Shown here: positions 27,380-36,800 of the stretch, one piece after another
Layout: each line of letters begins with the position of its first letter
How positions within the stretch are numbered: the first letter of the stretch is position 1
Sequence record: OV032902.1
Strand: one strand, 5' to 3'
Length of the DNA: 64,000 bases
Made by a program: the position numbers and the translations under genes
The notes under the pieces: model-generated
Database searches by the model: none
What the model was told of the DNA's origin: nothing
What the model saw: the letters and a program-made list of their open reading frames with translations, nothing else

Positions 27380-29410
27380 ATGAACACTCGTAAAACTGTA
27401 ATCGCAACTCTTATCGCTCTAGCAACTACTCCAGCTCTAGCAGCAGGCCACATCGGTAACCAGTCTGGTAACGACAATGACGTTGATATTGTTGTAGGTG
27501 ACATTGAAACAGTAATGGGTAACATCTGTAACCAATCTGGTTCTAACAACGATTGTGATGTTGACATCGAAAACGTAAACGGTGATCTAGTGATCGCTGA
27601 TGGCGCTAACGTAACTATCAATCAATCTGGCGGTGGTGCTGATAACCGTACCGGTGTACTTCAAACTAAGTACGACTGGGGTACTCGCGTTTCAACTGTA
27701 GATCACCGTGAAGACGGCACCAAAGCAGTTGAGTCAGTTAACTACTACAAAGACGGTAAGGTTGTTGTTGCTACATGGTATGAAACCGCAGATGGTGAGC
27801 GCACTAACTACGAGCAAAACCTAGTTGCAAGCAATGCTACAAGTCTTGACCATGCTCTACTTAAAGGTAAGGTTGATTCTAACAAAGCTGCGTCTGAGCG
27901 CGGCGATGCTGCACTGCAAGCACAGATTGATGCATGGGTTGATACTGATACAGTTCGCTCTGATGCAGAAATCAAAGCTGTTGCTGATGTAGGTGACAAA
28001 ATCCTAGCTAATGAAATCGACGCACTACGTGACGAGCAAGTAGCTAAGAACAATGCGCAAGACACAGCAATCAAAACTCAGTGGGATCTGATCCAAGATG
28101 TTGAAGCTAAGAACGAAGAGCAAGACGTTGCCCTAGCAGGTAAAGTTGACCGTGAAGAGTTCGAAGCATCTCAGGCAGCACAAGACGCTGAACTAGATCG
28201 TCTAACTAACGATGTAGATGCAGCACAGTCTACAGCTGACCAAGCATTCGCTGACGCACAACTAGCTAACCAAAAAGCTGACGCTAACACTACAGCAATC
28301 GCAGATCAACAAGAGCAGCTAAACCAAACAGCTGATCGTGTTACTTCAGTAGAAAACAATGTTGCAGATCTAGACAATCGTGTAACAGGCGTTGAAGCTG
28401 AACTAGGTAACAAAGTTAACTACGATGAGTTCCTAGCTGACCAGCAACGTCAAGACCAAGCTATCGCTGATGTTAATAACAAAGTAGATGGCGTGCAAGA
28501 TCAAGTAAACAACCTAGACGGTCGTGTAAACGATGTTGAGCAAACTGCAAACGCAGCTATGGATCAAGCAATCTCTGCACAGCTAACTGGTGAGTACGCA
28601 CAAGAACTTGCATACGGTGCACTAGAAGGTGTTCAACAAAATGCTGAGACAATCAACCAAGTAGCGGCTGATTCTCTAGAGCGTGACAACAACCTACTAG
28701 AAGCAATCGACGAAACTCACGAGCAGTCTCTAGAGCGTGACAACATGATCGTCGAGTACGTTGTTGCTGATCAAGAGCGTCAAGATGCAGTTATCGCAGA
28801 AAACGATAAAGCATCTAAAGAGCGTGATGCTGAACTAGCTAAAGCAGTAACTACTGTAGATGCTAAAGCTGAAGCTAACAAAGCGGAAATCGCTAAAGTT
28901 GAAACTGAGTCTAAAGACCGCGATGCAGCTATCGTAGCTAACCAAGCTAAAGTAGATGCTAAGCAAGACAAAGTGTTCAACGATTACCGTGTAGTTCAAG
29001 AGCAAGTAGATGCGGGTCAATTCGCAGCTATCGATTCTCTAGAAGCTGAGCTATATGCACAAGCTGGTGTTAACGCACGTCAAGACAAGTCTATCGCTGC
29101 ACTAAGCAACCGTATGGGCAAAGTTGAAAAGCGTGTATCTGCACTAGAAGGTCGTATGGACAAAGCTGAAGCTGGTATCGCAAACGCTATCGCTATGCAA
29201 GGTCTAACTGACAACATGCTATCTGTAGCAGTTGGTGGTTACGAAGGTGCATCTGCAATCGCGTTCGGTTCTGTAATCCCTGTTGGTCAAATCATGGCTG
29301 AGAAAGGTTACGCTACATTACCTGGTCTTAAAATTAAGACATCAGGCTCTGTATCGATTCAGACAGGCGATACAGCAGCATCTATTGGTGTAGGTTTCGA
29401 TTTTAAATAA
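27380..29410 (+). CDS. YadA-like trimeric autotransporter adhesin
   Basis: Signal peptide; long D/N/Q-rich coiled-coil stalk; C-terminal anchor RMDKAEAGIANAIAM...LSVAVGGYEGASAIAFG ending ASIGVGFDFK. Confidence 0.85.
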   Translation: MNTRKTVIATLIALATTPALAAGHIGNQSGNDNDVDIVVGDIETVMGNICNQSGSNNDCDVDIENVNGDLVIADGANVTINQSGGGADNRTGVLQTKYDWGTRVSTVDHREDGTKAVESVNYYKDGKVVVATWYETADGERTNYEQNLVASNATSLDHALLKGKVDSNKAASERGDAALQAQIDAWVDTDTVRSDAEIKAVADVGDKILANEIDALRDEQVAKNNAQDTAIKTQWDLIQDVEAKNEEQDVALAGKVDREEFEASQAAQDAELDRLTNDVDAAQSTADQAFADAQLANQKADANTTAIADQQEQLNQTADRVTSVENNVADLDNRVTGVEAELGNKVNYDEFLADQQRQDQAIADVNNKVDGVQDQVNNLDGRVNDVEQTANAAMDQAISAQLTGEYAQELAYGALEGVQQNAETINQVAADSLERDNNLLEAIDETHEQSLERDNMIVEYVVADQERQDAVIAENDKASKERDAELAKAVTTVDAKAEANKAEIAKVETESKDRDAAIVANQAKVDAKQDKVFNDYRVVQEQVDAGQFAAIDSLEAELYAQAGVNARQDKSIAALSNRMGKVEKRVSALEGRMDKAEAGIANAIAMQGLTDNMLSVAVGGYEGASAIAFGSVIPVGQIMAEKGYATLPGLKIKTSGSVSIQTGDTAASIGVGFDFK

Positions 29411-29463
29411 TCTATTACAAAGGGCCCTTAATGAAGGGCCCTTGATAATAGAGGAGTAAAGAA

Positions 29464-30132
29464 ATGAAAAAAGGAGAAATTTTTAAATCTTTGTCCTATG
29501 GTGATTTTATCATTATTGATGCAAAAGATTGCATGAAAGTAAAAATACGTTTTGTCGATACTGGAACATATAGAATCGTCCAAGCAGGAGCAATCAGAAA
29601 TGGACGAGTCAGGGACCCATATCGTCCGATTTACCATAATCGTGGTTTCTTGGGAGATGGTCATTACAACAGTCATGTACATAAAGAACTTTTTAGACGA
29701 TGGGTGAAAATGATCTCCAGGTGCTACGATAGCAAGGACAAAGACTTTCCGCGATATGGACTAAAAGGCATAGTTGTTGCCTCGACATGGTTTAACTTCC
29801 AAAATTATGCCAGCTGGGTTCATAGTAACTTACTTGACATTGGAAAAGACTTAGATGACCTAAAGCTATTTCATATCGACAAAGACTTAAAGTCCGGACC
29901 AATAAAGACATATGGCCCTGACACATGTACACTGTTAACAATTAAAGAAAATTCGTCAATGACAACCCCTAGAAAGTCTAGGAAGATAACACTTGTTTCT
30001 CCGGAAGGAAAGTTAGTCTGTGACGAGATTAGTAATTTGTGCCGCGATTTTAAACTGACTAGATCCAAAGTCTATAAACTCATAAACAAAACCGCCAGTC
30101 ATCACAAAGGCTGGAAACTACACGGCGCCTAA
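29464..30132 (+). mobile_element. Free-standing HNH homing endonuclease gene
   Basis: RWVKMISRCY...RYG..GI.V...WFNFQNY..W...HIDKDL...YGPDTC...EN pattern plus NUMOD1-like C-terminus; AT-rich codons (AAA, ATA, AGA) unlike its neighbours. Confidence 0.8.
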
Positions 30133-30142
30133 GGAGGCAACT

Positions 30143-30532
30143 ATGAATAACTTCACTCATAAGTCAAAAGTACTGAACACAACAACTTCACTAAAAGCAA
30201 TCATCGCGCACATCTGTGCAACTAGCATCTCCGAAGCTAAACTGTCTAAAGCCCTGCGTATCCTTACTCGTCTTTACGAAGCACGTCAGAACGGTAACTT
30301 CCTAAAAGAAGGTGTTCACAGCACGCGCTTTGTTTTGCGTAACGGCGCAGTAGCTCTAGCGGCATTCGATGACAAAGGTGAGCGTATCTCTAACATCGTA
30401 ACTGTATGTGAATCATCGTTCCATCACTACGATGGTGCACGCGGTTCATCTCGCTCAGTAGATTCTCTACTAGCAACAGATACTGATAAGGTAGTCGATA
30501 TGGCTATCCGTTCACTTAACATGCGCTGCTAA
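30143..30532 (+). CDS. Hypothetical protein
   Basis: GGAGG RBS, 129 aa, strong codon bias. Confidence 0.8.
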   Translation: MNNFTHKSKVLNTTTSLKAIIAHICATSISEAKLSKALRILTRLYEARQNGNFLKEGVHSTRFVLRNGAVALAAFDDKGERISNIVTVCESSFHHYDGARGSSRSVDSLLATDTDKVVDMAIRSLNMRC

Positions 30533-30538
30533 TAGTGA

Positions 30539-30585
30539 CCCTCTCACCTTCGGGTGAGAGGGATTAACTTTTCTTTTTCTTTTTT
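30539..30585 (+). terminator. Rho-independent terminator
   Basis: CCCTCTCACC-TTCG-GGTGAGAGGG followed by a long T-tract. Confidence 0.85.
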
Positions 30586-30682
30586 GACGGACCGGTTGCA
30601 TTAAATGAAACTGCAACGGGACCTAAACCTTGGCAGGAGACTACGGAGTCTTATATGTCAAACCGATAACCGAGGAACAACT

Positions 30683-31402
30683 ATGGAATACCGTGATAAA
30701 CCAAACCTGGTAGAAGCTAAGCTTATTGAGACTCGCATTCAATACGCATACATCCCAAACTGGGTACTTGGACTTACCTTTATCAACGACCCTGCCGGGG
30801 CAGCTCTGGCTTACGAATTATGGTCCGGTCCTAAGTGGGCTAATGTTGACCAGATTCTAAAAGCTCAGATCTGTAAACAGGAAGACATCAGTCCTGCCGA
30901 AATCACAGTACAGGTTCAACAACACGAAGAAGACATCCGTGTTTCTTACTACGTAGGTAATCCAGAGCATAGCGTTCCTACAATAGAACTTCGTGCGGGC
31001 CGCAAGAAAAACTACTTTTCTCTCAAACGAAGCACCGGACTATTTTCTGGATTCCGCTTCATGGGTGGTGACCTGACTTATCTTAACCTCAATGGTCAGA
31101 GTCGCATGAACGATGTTTCGAATGAAGCCACAGGTTTCGGTTGTGAAGAGTACAGTATCTTAACTAATGGTACTAACTACGCTATCGTTACTAGTGACGA
31201 TGGTCGTATTCAGTTAATGATTGATACGGAAACTCGCTCAGATGGTGCAGGTACATTCGTAAGAATTATAACCACCGACAAAGACAAGTCCAATTACTGG
31301 CGTGCCGAATCATCGCCTGATGGCTTGCGTGTAGAAAACGTTGCCGACGAAGAAAATACACTCTTCTATTTACAAGCCGCTAAATTTAACGAAGTGGCAT
31401 AA
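30683..31402 (+). CDS. Hypothetical protein
   Basis: Start moved to ATG 30683 (GAGGA RBS). Confidence 0.75.
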   Translation: MEYRDKPNLVEAKLIETRIQYAYIPNWVLGLTFINDPAGAALAYELWSGPKWANVDQILKAQICKQEDISPAEITVQVQQHEEDIRVSYYVGNPEHSVPTIELRAGRKKNYFSLKRSTGLFSGFRFMGGDLTYLNLNGQSRMNDVSNEATGFGCEEYSILTNGTNYAIVTSDDGRIQLMIDTETRSDGAGTFVRIITTDKDKSNYWRAESSPDGLRVENVADEENTLFYLQAAKFNEVA

Positions 31403-31434
31403 CTAACCCCCATCCTCAAAGTCAGGAGCATATT

Positions 31435-32256
31435 ATGAACAACTCAGCAGTTAAACTTATTGAAGAAGTACAGAACGGTTACTTTGATTCAATCGATCGT
31501 TTATTTAACCGTGAATTCATGTACGACTTTCCGGAGACTATTTCGGACTGGCCTAAGAACCCATTAAAGGTTCGTAAAACAGAACGCAAAATTGAAGTAG
31601 TTTGCCTAGCGCGCAATAGCTTCTGGTATTTCTTAACTGAGATTTACCGCGTTAACTGTAAGCAAGACCCTAAGTACATGTATGTCAATAAGGACATCCT
31701 CCGTGCAGCATGGTGCATGCAATACAACATCAGCTTTGCTACGGATAGAATCCCTGATCATACAGCTGTGTTGTTACGTAATGCTTATGCAGTATGGCTT
31801 TCTTATCAACAGCATGCAACTATTGCTACAGCAACAGTGAATAAGACCATCGCTGACTTAGTTGGCAGTGCACAACGTCGTACAACCGAGATGCGTCCTA
31901 AGTGGCTAGATGGTGTCTACATCATCAAGGATGCCGTGGCCAATATGGACCAAGACAGAGCCATCGTGAATAACATCTTCAAAGGCCATTCGATCAACGT
32001 CATGTTCTATATCGGCGAAGCAATTGCCAACCAGCATATTGTGTTTTATGGTCACAGAGCATCACGTTGTGCTGTGCGTCAACATGCTGTTGAAAACGAT
32101 AACCGTTACTTCACTGCACTGATGGGCAAAAAGCAAAAAGAGTTTGCTCATGACCACTTCCCTGCCGTAGTTGAATTTAGCGATGACTGGCTAAGAACTA
32201 GTCCGTCTATGGTTGAAGTCTTCGAAAAGAATGACGTGTTATGCGTAACATGGTGA
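31435..32256 (+). CDS. Degenerate paralog of the phiKZ-type large terminase ATPase domain (tentative)
   Basis: CLARNSFWYFLTEIYRV...VNKDILRAAW..QYNI resembles the recalled terminase N-terminus (EC..NPWYFFRE..RV...ANR..IA..W), but no RQTGKS Walker A is present. Confidence 0.45.
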   Translation: MNNSAVKLIEEVQNGYFDSIDRLFNREFMYDFPETISDWPKNPLKVRKTERKIEVVCLARNSFWYFLTEIYRVNCKQDPKYMYVNKDILRAAWCMQYNISFATDRIPDHTAVLLRNAYAVWLSYQQHATIATATVNKTIADLVGSAQRRTTEMRPKWLDGVYIIKDAVANMDQDRAIVNNIFKGHSINVMFYIGEAIANQHIVFYGHRASRCAVRQHAVENDNRYFTALMGKKQKEFAHDHFPAVVEFSDDWLRTSPSMVEVFEKNDVLCVTW

Positions 32257-32351
32257 TCTAATACTGTGGACCAATCCGAATTAAATAATTAAAGACAAGT
32301 TAGAAGTCTCGTGAAAATGTTGAAGTGCGTCAACAACACGAGGAAAAGACG

Positions 32352-32750
32352 ATGTCTGAAATTACGCAATTCAACGGTATGGTATTAGAAACAATCACTA
32401 AGATTGTAGGTTTAGAAAAAGAGTCTGATTGTGTAGAGATTCACACTGCCTCTGGCGATGTGCATGTATTCTATCACGAACAAGACTGTTGTGAGTATGT
32501 AAGATTAAATGATTTCGAAGGAGATGCAGAAGACTTTGTCGGAGCATTGATAACGGATGCATTTGAGATTACTGATTACAATGATACTTGTGATGAGGAA
32601 GGCAGTGACGAAAGTTACACCTGGACCTTTTACAAGATTCAGACCAACAAGGGTGAATTGTGGATGCGATGGCTAGGCGAGTCTAATGGGTACTACTCAG
32701 AAGAAGTAACTTACAATCATCGCAAAGCAAAACACCGCAAGCTTAATTAA
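32352..32750 (+). CDS. Widely conserved acidic phage hypothetical protein
   Basis: Start ATG 32352; YHEQDCCEYV.L.D..GD, SYTWTFYKIQTNKG and RWLGESNGYYSE form a motif set common in large phages. Confidence 0.8.
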   Translation: MSEITQFNGMVLETITKIVGLEKESDCVEIHTASGDVHVFYHEQDCCEYVRLNDFEGDAEDFVGALITDAFEITDYNDTCDEEGSDESYTWTFYKIQTNKGELWMRWLGESNGYYSEEVTYNHRKAKHRKLN

Positions 32751-32756
32751 GAGATG

Positions 32757-32810
32757 CTCTCCTACCTTCGGGTAGGAGAGTAATCTTATTTATCCTTTCT
32801 TTTTTCTTTT
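32757..32810 (+). terminator. Rho-independent terminator
   Basis: CTCTCCTACC-TTCG-GGTAGGAGAG followed by a T-rich tract. Confidence 0.85.
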
Positions 32811-32923
32811 GTCAAATTAGGTAGAGTAGTTCCGTGATCACGAAATGAAAATTTCCCATTTGAACATGCTCATATTCCGGTAACGATCGACCGGACATCT
32901 AATTTCTATTAGAGGAAAAACTA

Positions 32924-33871
32924 ATGACTGATAACTATATCCGTCCGTTTTCGGTAGCATGGTATGCGAACATGCATAAGCAAGGGCAGAACATCTCAGA
33001 AGATAGTTTAACGGGTTTCCCAGAACTCGTAGCCACTGCTGGTCTAGAAGACCATGATGAAACCAAAGCCTACCCTCGCAACTCGCTTGCATACAAGTCT
33101 GGCGCGCTGTTTCGTTCAAATAGTAACATTCCTGCAAACACTCCGTTTGTTGAAGGTCACGATGACCTAGAATGGACTAACGTTTCAGAAGCTAAGACAC
33201 TTATTCCAAACCATAATACCTCGGCTACATATCAAAAAGATATGCCGGTGTATTACAACGGTATGATCTATCGTGCGAAATCAGATAACCTAACAGGTGT
33301 CTTTGCTCGCGCGCAATGGGAGCGTATCTCTCAGCCACCTATGCGTCAATTCCTTGGTGCTGGTGATGCGGATACAATCCTGACTCAGGCTTATGCCTTA
33401 CAAGAAATTATCTTTGCAGAAGACCGTACGATTAACGGCATCAAGTTCTTTAATGGTGACCGCGTTCTAATTAAGAATGACCTAAACGGTTCCTTTGCAA
33501 CTTCTGATTTCTATTACTTTCCATTTGATGTTGCTGAGCAACCTCAGACACCACAAGATAGTACGGATAGTGTTCTTACTGGTACAATTGGCCAAGACGT
33601 TGACTTCTTCTTCGTTATCGCTAATGGCGAAGAAATTACTCTTAATACCAACGTAACAGATAAGATCGCATGGGCCACAACTGGCGCTGCTTACACAGGC
33701 AGTGGCTCTATTACTAAGATTGTTTACAATAACGATCTTATGGGCTCTAGCCAAGTTCTTGAGAAAGACACTGATTACACAATCAAGTCAGGTACTAACA
33801 ATGTGATCGTTCTGACTGACATTGGTCTAGAACCAGATGACACACTTGTTGTGACCTTTAATAACTCATAA
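32924..33871 (+). CDS. Putative tail/appendage protein with one CBM5/12-like module
   Basis: TYQKDMPVYYNGMIYRAK....VFARAQWERI; heads the structural fibre operon. Confidence 0.65.
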   Translation: MTDNYIRPFSVAWYANMHKQGQNISEDSLTGFPELVATAGLEDHDETKAYPRNSLAYKSGALFRSNSNIPANTPFVEGHDDLEWTNVSEAKTLIPNHNTSATYQKDMPVYYNGMIYRAKSDNLTGVFARAQWERISQPPMRQFLGAGDADTILTQAYALQEIIFAEDRTINGIKFFNGDRVLIKNDLNGSFATSDFYYFPFDVAEQPQTPQDSTDSVLTGTIGQDVDFFFVIANGEEITLNTNVTDKIAWATTGAAYTGSGSITKIVYNNDLMGSSQVLEKDTDYTIKSGTNNVIVLTDIGLEPDDTLVVTFNNS

Positions 33872-33882
33872 GGATTTCAAAA

Positions 33883-36800
33883 ATGGCTATTATTAGAAAA
33901 GCTCTCATTAAGTTTTATTTGACTAAAGCTGAAGCAGCGACTGCAAATGAAACTCCGGGCGACATCGGTTACTTTAGTGACGGTGCCCCTGCCGGTTGGT
34001 TTGAAGCCTCAATCGATAATGGAAATCCTGCTGTCGATGGTAATACGCTACAAGGTAGTGAATCTAACCTTTACTGGAAGCGTATCGTTAATGCGGAAAC
34101 TGAAGCTCCTACTCCGGTTCTTGTTCCAGATGCTTATGCGGAAGGTACTGCTTATCAACAATACCAAATCGTTGAGTCTGGTGGCAAGCTGTACGTTTGT
34201 GATTCTGCTCACACGCCAACCGCTGCTGAAGTAACTAGCCTTGCTAAGGTTACTGAACTTGGCACGGGCGCAGCTGGTATTGCTGATGTAGTCGCTGTGG
34301 AATACAAAGCCACCGAAACATACAAAGCATTTGAGCTTGTTTACATCGGCACGGATATCTTTGTTACTTCTTCTGCGCATACTGCCGATGCAGATAACGT
34401 AACCAACAAAGACCAGCTTATCCAGCTTAATGGCGGTGGCGGTTCTTTGGATGAAGTAGTTGCAAAAGAATACGTAGCTGCTACGCTATACAAGGCATAT
34501 GAACTAGTGCGTATTGGTAGCGAAATCTTTATCTCTGGTTCAGAACACACGCCAACCGCTGGCGAAGTAGCTGACAAGTCTAAGCTTATCCCAATAAGTG
34601 AAGATAAAGATACTGGCCCTGGTGTTCATACATCAGTGGCTAACGAAACTGATTACCGTAAAGGCGATGTTTTCAAACTAGCTAACGGTATCTTCATGCT
34701 TAAGGTTGACTTCACTACTGATGCAAATGCTACTGATGCAGAAGTAATCGCACAGTGTGAAAAGCTAGCTGGTCCTGAAGCTTCTGTTCGTACTTCGTTT
34801 ACCAATAGTACTGATTACTTCAAAGGCGATTTCTTTATCTTTGATTCTGGTACTTACCGTGTTAAAGCTGACTTCCAGACCGATGCAAATGCTACTGAAG
34901 CAGAAATTATTGCAGCGTGTGATAAGCTTTCTGGCCCTACTCAGAAAACTTATGCAGGCTTCCCTGCATCAACTGCATTCAGTATCGGCGATATTGTTAC
35001 TGAAGATGACCGCAGCTATGTAGTTAAAACGGCGTTTAGTACTGGCGCGTCAGACAACACGGTCACTGATCAAGAAACTAACCTTCTACCTTTGTTCGCA
35101 GAGCATTTGGTTCCACGTGTGTATAGTAATGGCGCAGTACTTAAAGAAAACGAAATCTTTGAGTATGGCGGTAACCTTTACTTTACTCCTAACTCGGTTG
35201 ACGGTACGTCTACTAACCAAACAACTTGGGCGGAAATTGAATCAAGCTGCATCCTAGTTGCTCAGGTTCCAGTAACCGCAACTCCTGATTTCGTAGCAGC
35301 TAACACATACAACGCCAATGATGTTGTTAAATTCGACGGACTAGAATGGAAGCTTACTGGTACGCACACTGTCAATGATCCTATTGACTTGACTAACTGG
35401 TCTCGTGTTATCACAACAGGCGTTAACCGTGGTGAGCACAAAACAAACCATGTTTACTTGAAAGACGACATCGTCACAAGGAGCGGCATTGCTTATAAGG
35501 CAAACGCTAATGTGGACGACACCGTTAGTTTCGCCGAAGGATTATCAGGCGCGACCTTTATTCGCCTAGACACAGCAGTGTTCGATGGACTGTCTAATTC
35601 CAAGGTTTATATAGTAGGCGATATCGTTTCAGCCGGTACGGCATCGTATGCAGTACACACTGCTTACAAGTCTGCTGCCGCTGCTACTGAAGCAGAGCTA
35701 GCTGCTAACTCTACATTGATTGCAACCAGTATCGAAACTTACTTGCCTACATACACAAACGGTAGTGCATTGAAGAATGGTCAATTGTTCTTCTATGATG
35801 AAGCTGTTTATCGCGCAGACGCGGATAAAGATGGTACAACTGCTAGCGAAACCACATGGGCTGAAATCGAAGGCGAAATGACGTTCTTGTTTAGCTTTAA
35901 GGTTGAACCGGCTCCTGCTGCATGGGCTAAGGCTAACGCTTATGCTGTTGGCGATAAAGCCACTTATGCTGGTCAGGTTGTAGTTGCTACTGCTGCATCT
36001 GCTGCTAACGACGAGTTCTCGTATAGTGATTGGACCCGTGAATTGGATTATCCTTACAATCAGGGCGATCACGTAAACGGCCGTGCTTACATGAAGGGCG
36101 ACGTAGTCTTTATTGATAGTGTTGAGTACATTGCACGCTCTAATGTTGATTCTGATGCCGGTGCTTCCGAAATCAAACTAGGCGTGTCTTCTGACTTCTA
36201 TCGTTTGACTCCGACCACTCATAGTGATCTAGTTGCAGACACTTTATACTCTAACTTTGATATCGTTATCAAAGAAGGCATTACGTATCTTGTAACGACT
36301 CCTATTCTTACAACTAGCTCTACAACCTGGAATGACCTTGTAGCGAACATGACTGTGGTTGCAGATAACTCTGCGTATGCGGTTCGTGAATACGTTGCAG
36401 AAGAAGACCTGAAGAAGTACGAGTTTGTCGTAGAGCCCGCAACAGGTGACGTTTACGTTACAACTAGTGCTATTGCCGGCAACGCAGGTAACACATTCCA
36501 AATCGTTAAAGACAACGGCGTTCGCGTAGCTGAATCTCCAGTTACTCCTGTTCCTGACTTTGACGCTGGTGAGCTATATACAGAGAACGACGAAGTTCGT
36601 TTCGAAAGTATGGTGTACACAGCTAAAGACCAAACAGGTCGTTTAGTAAACGATGCATTTAGCCTTACTTACTTTGAGCGTAACATTCCTGCCGGATTTA
36701 AGTTCGGTGACTTCGTAGCCAACAAGTTATACCTAAACGGTGACTTTGTTACAAATGGCGGCATAGAATACAAAGTTAAAGCAACTGGTACTTTTGCCAC

